DNA of 55,994 nt, the filler included, from Sphacelaria rigidula (taxonomy: Eukaryota): assembly GCA_964200075.2 (NCBI GenBank). It is 5 parts of 5 records of this genome, joined end to end, with 100 filler letters (N's around TTAATTAATTAA, not from the genome) between each part and the next. Parts side by side here need not be neighbours in the genome. Positions count along the whole stretch, not along the records: positions 1 to 11,120 come from CAXNAA020005360.1; 4 more parts are not named here. One strand, written 5' to 3'. The notes under the pieces are model-generated. The model was not told where the DNA came from. It worked only from the letters and a program-made list of their open reading frames with translations, and searched no databases. Within the stretch, counting starts at the first letter, position 1; each line of letters opens with the position of its first letter. Of this stretch, positions 1 through 11,220 are shown piece after piece. Both the position numbers and the translations under genes were made by a program.

Positions 1-323
1 ATGAGGCTCCCGCTCGAGGCAGATAGCGGAGGGGAATGATGTATAGAACCGAAAAAGAGTGCCGAATAAAAAGAAAATGGGCCTTCATTTTTTTTTCTTC
101 TTTTCATAGAGGTTAGGGCGTTCTCGTGAAGAAATGGTCTTCACCATAGTAGAACGCCCTAAACCAGTAAAAAAATTGAAAAAAATCAACCTGACCCACT
201 TTGTTTTGTCAATTATGCCTTGGAGAGCGCCCACACAAAACTTTAATACACGAAAATCAAACACGAGTCGGTGAGTGGCCGGCGAAATACTGTTCCGAAT
301 TTCTACCGACCCAGTCTTGTGAA

Positions 324-591
324 GGCCCGTGCTCCCGCCAATATTTAGAGTTGAACCCTGAAATTTGGTATGGACAATGAGCAGGGCACGAAGAAAAAAA
401 TTACATCGGCACCAGATTTTTATTTTATTTTTCATGAGTTATGGGCAATGATCAGTTTTCAGTTTTCAGTAAAATACCTTCAACTCATGAAGAAAAAAAA
501 AGCTGGCGCCGATGTAATTTTTTTTATGCCCCATTCACTGTCCATACCAAATTTCAGGGTCCAAATCCAGATACTGGCGGGAGCATGGGCC
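324..591. mobile_element. Fold-back/MITE-like inverted repeat (arms ~324-440 and 482-591)
   Basis: Arms are imperfect reverse complements (ccctgaaatttggtatggaca / tgtccataccaaatttcaggg). The ORF track gives mirror peptides WCRCNFF..VHTKFQG on - and WRRCNFF..VHTKFQG on +. No TSD identified. Confidence 0.7.
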
Positions 592-2374
592 TGCAAACTT
601 CAAATCCGCCTCTAGGCTGGCCCAACTCGTACGGACATGGCGTCTATACTAGAGCCCAAATGCAACCCCGAGCTATATATACAGCGGATGACGTTTTTTG
701 TCTGGACGTTCCCTGGAACACGGGAAAACGATTGATGCCCTCATCGTTATCTCATTCGTTATCTCGAGATATGGCGCACATCAGATTCCGTCTCTGTTCT
801 TGAGTGTTTTGCTTTGAAATTTGTGTGGGGAGAATCGCTAGGGGATCGAAAAAGTAAATCTTCTACTCGATCGTTTTTCTTATGTGATTCTTATTTTTTT
901 CATTCTGTAGGTGCGTTTCAAGAGGGAAAAGACCATTCTTTTCGGCCCTTATCTCAGTTTTTCAGCTCAATTCTAAGAATCGTTATTTTGAACTTGGCAT
1001 GGATAATCGTAAGGACATGCTGAAGAAAACAATGGTGCTTCATTTTCTCTCGGAGAGGTAAGGACGTTATTCTGTAAAAGTTGTCTGAAGTAAAACGCCC
1101 TAAAACTAGTGAGAAATATTAAAATCAGCGTGTCCGACTTTTTCTGGGTTATCATGCCCTCGCGAGGCCCCACGCAAGATTTGAAAATACAAGTACCAAA
1201 CCTGGTCCGGTAAGTGACCTGAAAAATACTGTTTCGAACCACCGGCCCGGTCTCTTAATCGCCCCTTCTCCGAGCCTGACTTTGCAAGTTGGTACGGAGA
1301 ATGGACACGGCATAATGAAAAAATATCTGGACGATAAGTTTTTTCTATATGGGTCGAATGCAATGATCGGATTTAAGTTTTTAGTTTAATGCCGTTAATA
1401 AATAAGAGGGAGAAAAACTGACCGTACAGATTTTTTTTTCATGTCTCATTCATTTCCCTCACTAAATGTTGAAGTCCAACTCTTGATATTGAGGTGAGGC
1501 GGGGCGTGCAAACTACAAATTCGCGTCTAGGCCGGACCAGCTCGTATAACGTGGACTCCCATCACTTCGCTGTAGCAACGGTTCCGATGGGTACTAGGAT
1601 GCGCAGCCGTCATCGCTTTGAACGCGAATACTATTATCCCGAGATGAAGTCAGGCTGCGGCAGGTATGTAAAGGTGTTTCACATCGTTATATCCCTGGAA
1701 CGCATACTACACGTGAACGACGAGCAGAAATTATACCTCCTAGGGCAGGAATAGAGAGTTTCGAAAAAAAAATCAAAACTCAGAGATAACAGCAAGAAAC
1801 GACTGGATTGTTCACGCTTAAACCCCAGGCTTGTTTTCCCTTCTTTTTACTGCATAAGAGTGGACTGTGGCCAACTTTTCAGGGTTTTGTATTTTCTGTT
1901 CCGAATGCCACGTGGTCGGTGTCATGAGTTCAACAGGTACAAGTCGCGCCGTGCTTTTCTGCGCCCATGCGGTGTTACCCGTACAGCGCGGGGGAGCATG
2001 TACAGAGCCGCGCTACGATAGGTTGGGTATTTTATTTTATTCCAGGGGGGGAAGATTCATAGATTTTGTGGATAATCTGACACACTCGTCGTGCGCTTGC
2101 ATTTGGGTAAAACGGCGTCAAGTAGTGGATGAGCGTTATTTATGGGTAACACGCCCGTTCTGAAGATCGTTGCTCCTGAAATCGATTCAAAGTTGAATTT
2201 AGTGGAAGCAACGGCCCAAAAGCTAGCATGACTTCGGTTGTTTCTGCTGTCTCCGTACCGTTGAATACGCGACAGCAGTATATTCGACTTGACGGTCGAC
2301 GAGGGAAAGGGACTGCTTGACCCCTTTCGCGATAAAATATAAAAACAAGCACCGCAGAAGAAAGGTGGGGTACT

Positions 2375-2495
2375 GAAAACAAACAAAAAAGGAAAAGACT
2401 CCTGTGAAGGCCCTCCTCCTGTGTGACCCCGGCTGATGCGCCCACATATACCGTGAGGTGTAGACTAGCGTCCAGCATAGATGGAATGACAACTC
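2375..2495. repeat. Dispersed repeat copy (cctcctgtgtgaccccggctg..gtagac..gcgtccag..atagatgg family)
   Basis: Similar sequence recurs at ~30005-30125 and partially at ~36190-36250, on different contigs. Confidence 0.7.
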
Positions 2496-3092
2496 ACACA
2501 CACGGTACCGTCAACACAGCCTCCGGATACGAACCCGGCACAGCAGACAGCGTTGGGCACACAGGCGGTGCACCTCGGCGCTCGCTAGTCATTCACGAGT
2601 CCTACACATATGTCGGCGTGTGGTACAGCACTATTGAGTTGAGACAACTCTTGTCCCACTGTCTGTAGACAGTTTTGTATACTTTCTGTAGCAAGTGTTC
2701 TATACTGTACTACTGTCTGTAGTAAAAGTGTGCACATACCCGTGTGCGCGCGTTTGCATACTTTGAGAAAGTACAGTAGTTTTCGACGAAAGTTAGTTCC
2801 TCAAAGACTCTCCAAATTTGTTGTGCTTGCCACCGCTCATCACTGAGACTGTTGGATGCCAAAAAATGGGCATCTGAAGATATTTGAATCCTCTTGACAA
2901 CTATTGAAAGAATAATCATCTGCGATCAATTATGAGTGACTCACGGGCTTGACCGATTTTCGGGGGTCCTGCAAAAATACGATCCCAGGCTCTGGCTTTT
3001 CAGCATTTTCGGTGGACCGACTCGATCCGGATCATATAAGTGAAGACTCAAAAAGGACTGTTTTTTTTTAATTCCACCTAGTCACTGCGCTT

Positions 3093-3093
<1 letters not shown>

Positions 3094-3133
<40 letters not shown>

Positions 3134-3600
3134 CTTCACATTAAAAAAAGCGTTCCGATAGCTGCGCGGTACATTCGTACTAGGCATCTGATGCGGACGC
3201 ATTCCGTGGTCACAGGCTGACAAAAAACCCCCAAAAAACCCAAAAAACAAACCAGACCCAGATTCAAAACTCACAAAGCGCGATACAAGCAAAACAGGAA
3301 TAAATAATAAAGAAGGAAGGGAGTACATATGTCTAACCTCAGAAGATCTGGTGCCGCAGGTGGCCATTTGGACTTCGGGGGGTGGCACTCGGTTTTCCAA
3401 CTCGACGTGCGACAAGTAGAAATGAACACAGGGTCCGACTACGGGCGAGACTCAAGGCCCCAAATACCGCCACCCAAGGAACTAAAGAACTAAGAATCGC
3501 AACGTTCCATCTTGCGGCCTCTCGAGGCGCAGCCTTACGTACAAGCATACCAGGTGTATCAAGACAAGGACTGCATGACATAACGACCCCCCTCATTGCT
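3094..3600 (-). mobile_element. Probable non-LTR retroelement 3' end with (AAC)n tail
   Basis: (GTT)n microsatellite at 3094-3133 directly follows ...aatgtgaagac on the minus strand. A simple-repeat tail is typical of LINE/SINE 3' ends. The 5' boundary is uncertain. Confidence 0.4.
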
Positions 3601-3621
3601 TAAGCAGGAAAACTATCTTTC

Positions 3622-4017
3622 TTGGACCATTTACGGTCAATAAGACCCTCCTGATGAACGGGGTCGTTACCCGGTATCGCCCCCACAACACCACCTTGGG
3701 CGATTGTGATTTGAGCACGTTTTGCTTATTTTGCCAAAACTATCGACGCTAGCATTCTCGAGTGCTTATGGAAAATGTTATGCGAAAACCCCCCGAAAAT
3801 AGGCCATCCGCAGAGAATGCCAGACTGAGATCTGTGCAGTATAGGAGGGAAACACGATCTCGATCGTCATTGTGAAGAATTGTATACCCAGTAGTTTATT
3901 TGAAAATTCACCGTTTCGTCGCAGAAAAGCGGGAAAATTGCTTATTGGACCACAAACGATCAATAAGACCCTCCTGATGAACGGAGTATCAAGTCCGTAT
4001 CGCCCCAAAAACACCAA
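3622..4017. repeat. Imperfect ~75-bp direct repeat (3622-3695 and 3945-4017)
   Basis: Both copies contain ttggacca....acg.tcaataagaccctcctgatgaacgg...gtatcgcccca.aa.acca. Confidence 0.7.
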
Positions 4018-6703
4018 CGTGAGCACCTCAGTTTGAGGGCGGCCTACGCTTTCTCCCTAGATCTACCGGCGCTAGCACTTTCAAGTAGTAGTGAAGAACG
4101 GTACTCCAGAAAAACTCAGAAAAAAAGACAAGTACGAATTCTGAAAACTGCTGATGCTGATTAATATATTTATCCCACGGCTGTGTTCTGTAACCTTGGT
4201 CGTTATGGGGCAGGGTGTCTAGTTCCGTTTCATAACCCCGAGTTGGGCACCAACGCTTTTGAGTGTTTGGCAACTCAGGATTTAATTGAAAATTTGAAAA
4301 TTAAATCTGAGTTGCTGTACATGTCTCTTCTCAGGGTTCAGTCGTCGGGGTTTACCTAGGGGAATTCGTCATATCCTGGCCTTGAATACCAACTCCTAAA
4401 CCCTGATCCTGAGTTTTTCCGGCTGGTTTTGTGTTTCCGAAACTCTCTAATATGCCGAATATGCGAAATGAGCACTTGGAAGTGTCATTGTACAAGCATG
4501 CGGGGGTACAAACGTGGCCTCCGCGCTCCGCTCAACAAGCCACCATTCGATATCATGTTCCTGTTCTTCCGCTGCTTTTGATCGGTGCAACAGAAAACAG
4601 TCGGACATATTGGGATACGAACGGGATACCATTCAGCTGCATACGCCCCACACCCTATACGAACACCTCCATGCGAAACTTTTGATCCCTCATAGTGTTT
4701 TTCGAAACAGAATTCTCGTCTTCCGAGCTATCTTCTAGCCAATCTTGTACATGTATCAAAGCTAATGATGCGCATTTTGACATACCAGCCTTCACGGGGA
4801 ATCAGTCGAAGAAGGGTTGATGCAAAAGTCTGGTAGCCCCCATGCTGCTTCGTTTGGGCGTCGGGTGTGTGACAGTTCTCGGCGGTGGTACCGTTGACTG
4901 TGTCCCAGTAGAGGCATGCATGTGTTCACCGGGTGGGTGAGAGTTGTGTATGGGCAGCCAGCGCACCGGACATTCCCGATTGTCTCAAAATGGGCACAAA
5001 ATAGCGAAATAGTGTGGTCATTGACATACGAGCGAGTGTAAACAGCGCGCGGGAAGACCGTCGTTCTCTTTAGAAAGTACCATGAGATGTTGTCATCACT
5101 TTGTATTTACACACGGAAGTCATCGAATCCATTCGAAACGTAAAAGCGGCCTCGTGCACCATTTAGTCAGGAACGGCGCCTGGTTGTCTCAAGAGCATTG
5201 AACTCTAGAATCGAGGAGATCGGTTCTCATGGTCGACCGTTTTCTTGCTGGCTAGTGCACAAGATGACCCTCGCGCTGATCATGTTGTAGGTCGTCGTAA
5301 CCCCCTGAGGGTTTCCCGACGAAACGGTCTCAAAGCAAAGGATTTTGATCAGGCTATGTGACTACCTGCTGCTGTCGTTGTGGTGTGCCGGCGACACCCC
5401 TGCAACATCCCGAAGAACTACTTTGCCGGTGCACCAGGCGGGAGTGAAAATGTCGATTTGAACCGGTTTTGCTTTCCAATTAGTGTTCACCGCACAAATG
5501 CCATGAACCCTCCAGTCCACACCCCGGACGTGAGTATGCACAACCAAATACCGACGAGGAGCATTTGAGGTTCGCACTGGACTACATGAGAAAAAGCTGG
5601 TGTTTGTGCAGGACCTCTGGGATATTATGTTCATAGTGTCGTGTACACGGGGTTTTACGATCCGAGGATGGAGTTTTTTTTGTCGAGGATGGTTCTTGAA
5701 CACCTTCAAAACGATTGGAATATGTTCGAAGAAAATGCAAATGCACTATCCGGCCGTGGTGCTTGGCCTCGCTCATCCTCGGGAAGAAAAACATCCGCAA
5801 CTGGTGAAATCTCGTATTAACAGGGGGTTCCGACACGTTGAAATATTTTTTAGTACGAGCGTGAACGAAGGTGGAAATTGTTCGATACCAAAACGGCAGT
5901 TCACATAGTGCGGGTAGATTGTTTTGAGGATGAGCGAGGCCACACATCACGGCCGGGGAGTGCATTCGCATATTTATTTCGAAGATATTCCAATGCTCAT
6001 GGAGGTTCACACGATTCATTCGAAAAAAAGTCCGTGTTACGGGATGGACGCTTGATTTATTCGCAAACCAAAGTCATATATGGTCCACCCCCCCTGTACC
6101 CCCAATCGCTTGTTGTCGGTTGAAAACCACGCCGTAAAATATGCCACTCAGCGGTGACCATAACGGTGGTTGAGCCAGCTTAAATTTTGCGCGGTGGGAG
6201 AACCTCAGTTCCACACCAACGGGATGATCTCGTATCACGTTGTGTCCAAATGGTCAGACCCATGGGGCAGTGTGGCACCCGTGGCTGTCTCTGGAAGTAG
6301 CGATTCCGAAAATGAAGCATTTCGTGGGAGTCTGTCATTCGTATGCATGGCTACGGCATTCAAGATCATGGATACATTTCACGCCGTCCCCACCTCGCTT
6401 CACTGATGTCAATGTCAACGACGTGGTTGTACTGTATTTCCATCCAACCGCAACTACTTCCATGATGCTGCGGCACTTTCCTTCGTGCAATTCCGTCAGG
6501 TTGATAGCTGGGAGTCTCAGCCGGCGAAACTAGTCACTTTGGGGCACCAAGCGTTTCTGAAGCAGCTGCCGTTACCTGTTGTATGGGTTAGGGCCCCAGC
6601 TCGATCAGAGAACTGGGTGGACGGGGGCTTCGAGACGTAGCTGCCTAGCTCCGGCTTTCACTGCAGTCGGCAGGCCTAGGCGTGTCTGGCGGTCTAAAGA
6701 CTT

Positions 6704-9700
6704 ATGGCAAGCCGCGGGAACAGGAAGTGCGCCCACGACGGATGTAGGAGGCAGTCATACCACGGCTTGGAATGCACTGAAAAGGAGAGTTCCTGCTCAC
6801 AGCACGCTGATTACAAGATGGTGAATGCCACGAATGAGTCTTGCTCGCGAGAAGGCGGCCCCCAAATACCATCATTTGACGTGGCGGGCACTACTACAAA
6901 GTCGGCTTTCTGCTCACAGCACGCCGATCATGGGATGGAGAATGGCAGGAGAAAGACTTGCTCCCGGGGGGGTTGCCTGAAGCAGTCGTCGTTTGGGGTG
7001 GCGGGCACCAAACAGGCGACGTTATGCTCCCAGCACGCCGTGCACGGAATGGTCAACGCGGCGAAGAAGTGCTTGCACGAGGGCTGTCGCAAGCAGTCGT
7101 TGTTCGGGTTGGCGAGCACCAAAATGGCAGAGTTCTGCTCACAGCACGCCGAGAACGGAATGGTCAACGTGGTCAACAAGAAGTGCTTACACGAAGGCTG
7201 CTCCAAGCATCCGTCGTTTGGGCTGGCGGGTACCTCTAGGGCGGAGGTCTGCTCACAGCACGCGGAGCAGGGGATGGTGAATGTCAGGGACAAGACCTGC
7301 TCCCGCGAGGGCTGCTCTACGCATCCGTCGTTTGGGCTGGCGGGCACCAAAAAGGCAGAGTTCTGCTCACAGCACGCCGACCGGGAGATGGTATACGTCA
7401 GGGAAAAGAAGTGCTCGCACAACGGCTGCTCCAAACAGGCGTCGCACGGGCTGGCGGGCACCAAAAAGTCTGAGTTCTGTTCACAACACGCCGGGAACGA
7501 GATGGTGAATGTCAAATACAAAAAGTGCTCGCACGACGGCTGCTCCAAGCATCCGTCGTTCAGGCTGGCGGGCACTGCTACGGCGGAATTCTGCTCACAT
7601 CACGCCGAGCAGGGGATGGTGAATGTCAGGGACGAGACCTGCCCTCGCGAAGGCTGCTCAAAACATCCGTCGTGTGGGCTGGCGGGCACCAGAAAAGCAG
7701 AGTTTTGCTTGCAGCACGCAGAGCGGGGCATGGTGAACGTCAGGGGCAAGAATAAGTGCTCGCACGAGGGCTGCTCCAAGCAGGCGTCGTACGGGTTGGT
7801 GGGCACCACACGGGTGAAGTTCTGCTCGCAGCATGCCGAGAACGGGATGGTGAACGTCAAAGACAAGAAGTGCTCTCACGAAGGCTGCTTGAAGCATCCG
7901 TCGTTTGGGCTGGCGGGCACTACTAAGGCGGAGTTTTGCTCGCAGCACGCCGAGAACGGAATGGTCAACGTGGCCTGCAAGAAGTGCTTGCACGAAGGCT
8001 GCTTGAAGCAGGCGTCGTTCGGGCTGGCGGGTACCACTAGGGCGGAGTTCTGCTCACAGCACGCCGAGAATGGGATGGTTAATATCAGAGAGAAGACTTG
8101 CTCGCACGGGGGCTGCTTCAAGATACCGTCGTACGGGTTGGTGGGCACCAAAAAGGCGGAGTTTTGCTCACGGCATGCTGAGAGCGGGATGGTGAATGTC
8201 AAAGATAAAACGTGCTCTCGCGAGGGCTGCTGCAAGTATCCGTCGTTTGGGCTGGCGGGCACCAAACGGGCGGAGTTCTGCTCGAAGCACGCCGACAACG
8301 GCATGGTGAACGTCAGGGACAAGACGTGCTCCGGCGAGGGCTGCTCCAAGCAGGCGTCGTTTGGGCTAGCGGGCACCACTAAGGCGGAGTTCTGCTCGCA
8401 GCACGCCGAGCTCGGAATGGTGAATGTCAGGAACAAAACGTGCTCGCACGACGGCTGCTTCAAGGTCTCTTTTTTCGGGTTTGTCGGCACCAAACAGGCG
8501 GAGTTCTGCTCACAGCACGCCGCGAGCGGGATGGTCAACGTGAAGGGGAAGATGTGCACACACGAGGGATGCTTCAAGTTACCGTCGTTCGGGTTTGCGG
8601 GCACCAGACAGGCGGATTTCTGCTCAGAGCATGCGGAGAACGGAATGGTGAATGTCAGGAATAAAAGTTGTTCGTGGGAGGGCTGCTTCAAGAATGCTTC
8701 GTTTGGGCTGGCGGGCACCACACAGGCAATGTTCTGCTCACAGCACGCCGAAAACGAGATGGTGAACGTGGTGAAGAAGAGGTGCTCTCGCGAGGGCTGC
8801 ATCAAGCAGCCGTCGTTTGGGCTGGCGGGCACCAAAAAGGCGGAGTTCTGCTTGCAGCATGCCGAGAACGGAATGGTCAACGTAGCCAACAAGAAGTGTT
8901 CGCACGAGGGGTGCTTCAAACAGGCGTCGTTCGGGTTGGCGGGCACGACAAAGGCGGAGTTCTGCTCACGGCATGCCAAGCTCGGAATGGTCAACGTGAC
9001 AGACAGGAAGTGTTCCCACGAAGGCTGCCCCAAGCATCCGTCGTTTGGGCTGGCGGGCACCACTAAGGCGGAGTTGTGCTCACAGCACGCCGAGAACGGA
9101 ATGGTCGACGTGATCAACAGGAGGTGCTCTCACGAAGGCTGCTCCAAGCAGCCGTCGTTCGGGCTGGCGGGCACCACTAAGGCGGAGTTCTGCTTACAGC
9201 ACGCCGAGAACGGAATGGTGAATGTGGCCAGCAAGAAGTGCTTGCACGGAAGGTGCTCCAAGAGGGCGTCATTCGGGTTGGTGGGCACCCGAAAGGCTGA
9301 ATTCTGCTCACAGCACGCCGAGAATGGGATGGTGAACGTGGCCAAGAAAAAGACGTGCTCGCATGATGGCTGCGTCAAGTTATCATCGCACGGGTTGGTA
9401 GGCACCACACAGGCGGAGTTCTGCTCAGAGCATGCCGAGGATGGGATGGTGAATATCAGGAACAAGAGTTGCTGCCGAGAGGGCTGCTTCAAGCAGCCGT
9501 CGTTCGGGCTGGCTGGCACCACCAAGGCGGAGTTCTGCTCACAGCACGCCGAGAGCGGGATGGTAAACGTGAAGGGGAAGACGTGCTCTCGCGAGGGCTG
9601 CTTCAAAAATCCGTCGTTTGGGCTGGCGGGCACCAGAAAGGCAGAGTTCTGCTCGCAGCACGCCGGGCATGGAATGGTGAACGTGGCTCGCAAGTCGTGC

Positions 9701-11120
9701 TCTCGCGAGGGTTGCTTCAAGAGGCCGTCGTTTGGGCTGACGGGAACCACCAAGCCGCAGCTCTGCTCACAGCACGCTGAGAACGGAATGGTGAATGTCA
9801 GGGACAAAAGTAAGTGCGCGCACGACGGCTGCTCCAAGTATCCGTCGTTCGCGTTGGCGGGCATCAGGAAGGCGAAGTTCTGCTCACAGCACGCCGAGGA
9901 AGGAATGGTCAACGTGGTCAACAAGAAGTGTTTGCACGAAGGTTGCTCCAAGATACCGTCGTTCGGCTTGATGGGCACCCGAAAGGCTGAATTCTGCTCA
10001 CTGCACGCCGAGAAGGGGATGGTGAACGTGACCAAGAATAGGACGTGCTCCCACGAGCACTGCTCCAAGCAACCGTCGTTTGGGCTGGTGGGCACCAGAA
10101 AGACGGTGTTCTGCTCACAGCACGCCGAGCGCGGAATGGTGAATGTCAGGGACAAGATGTGCTCTCTCGAGGGCTGCGCCAAGTATCCGTCGTTTGGATT
10201 GGCAGGCACTAAAAAGGCGGTGTTGTGCTCACAGCATGCCGAGAACGGGATGGTGTATGTCAAGGACAAGAAGAAGTGCTCACACGAGGGTTGCTCCAAG
10301 ATTCCGTCGTTCGGGCAAGCAGGTGCGAAAACGATGGAGTTCTGCTCACAGCACGCAGATCATGGAATGGTGAAAGTGAGGGAGAAGATTTGCTCACACG
10401 AGGGCTGCGTCAAGTATCCCTCGTTTGGGCTGGCAGGCACAAGGCAGGCGGTGTTCTGCTCACGGCACGCCGATAACGGGATGGTGAACGTGACCAACAA
10501 GAAGTGCTCGCATGAGGGTTGCTTCAAGATACCGTCATTCGGGCTGGTAGGCACCAGACAGGCGAAGTTCTGCTCACAGCATGCGGAGCGGGGGATGGTG
10601 AACGTCACGAAGAAAGTGTGCTCTCGCGAGGGCTGCTTCAAGAACCCGTCGTTTGGGCTAGCGGGCACCAAAAAGGCAGTGTTTTGCTCTCAGCACGCCG
10701 ATAACGCGATGGTGGATATAAGGAACAAGACATGCTCCTGGGAGCGCTGCTCCAAGCAGCCGTCGTTTGGGCTGGCGGGCACTAGAGAGGCGTTATTCTG
10801 CTCACAGCACGCCGAGAACGGGATGGTGAACGTGGTGAAGAAGACGTGCTCTCGCGAAGGCTGCATCAAGAATCCGTCGTTTGGGCTGGCGGGCACTAGA
10901 CAGGCGCTGTTCTGCTCACAGCACGCCGAGAACGGGATGGTGAACGTGGTGAAGAAGAGGTGCTCTCGCGAGGGCTGCATCAAGCAGCCGTCGTTTGGGC
11001 TGGTGGGCACCAAAAAGGCGGTCTTCTGCTCACAGCACGCCGACCATGGTATGGTGCGCGTAAGCAATAAGACTTGCTCCGTGGAAGGCTGCTCCAAGCC
11101 ATCGTTTGAACTGCCGGGCA
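6704..11120 (+). CDS. EsV-1-7 repeat protein: 38 complete tandem ~38-aa Cys/His repeats plus a partial 39th; 3' end cut by contig end
   Basis: 4.4-kb open frame with no stops. Consensus unit CSHEGCxKxPSFGLAGTxKAEFCSQHAENGMVNVxxKx = C-x4-C-x16-C-x2-H-x12, the EsV-1-7 motif (Ectocarpus virus EsV-1 ORF7; Ectocarpus IMMEDIATE UPRIGHT family). In-frame TAA at 6695 lies just upstream of the ATG. The ORF-track end at 11176 runs into the artificial linker. Confidence 0.93.
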
Positions 11121-11220
11121 NNNNNNNNNNNNNNNNNNNNNNNNNNNNNNNNNNNNNNNNNNNNTTAATTAATTAANNNNNNNNNNNNNNNNNNNNNNNN
11201 NNNNNNNNNNNNNNNNNNNN
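11121..11220. other. Artificial contig linker N44-TTAATTAATTAA-N44
   Basis: Identical 100-bp spacer with stops in all six frames; occurs four times in the window. Confidence 0.97.

Noticed and set aside
4430-6420. Viral or transposase genes upstream of the EsV-1-7 ORF
   Set aside because: The frames I translated gave only short ORFs with no recognisable motif; a carrier element cannot be supported without a search.
6928-11097. Long minus-strand and alternative-frame ORFs (up to 413 aa) over the EsV-1-7 array
   Set aside because: Shadow frames of a GC-rich tandem repeat, interrupted by stops; only the + frame is continuous and carries the known motif.
6704-11120. 114-bp periodic DNA as a CRISPR-like array or satellite
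   Set aside because: No repeat/unique-spacer alternation; length changes are multiples of 3 and many differences are synonymous, so it is a coding repeat.
11121-11176. C-terminus LIN* of the 1490-aa ORF (and similar ends at 22384 and 33603)
   Set aside because: Translation of the synthetic linker.
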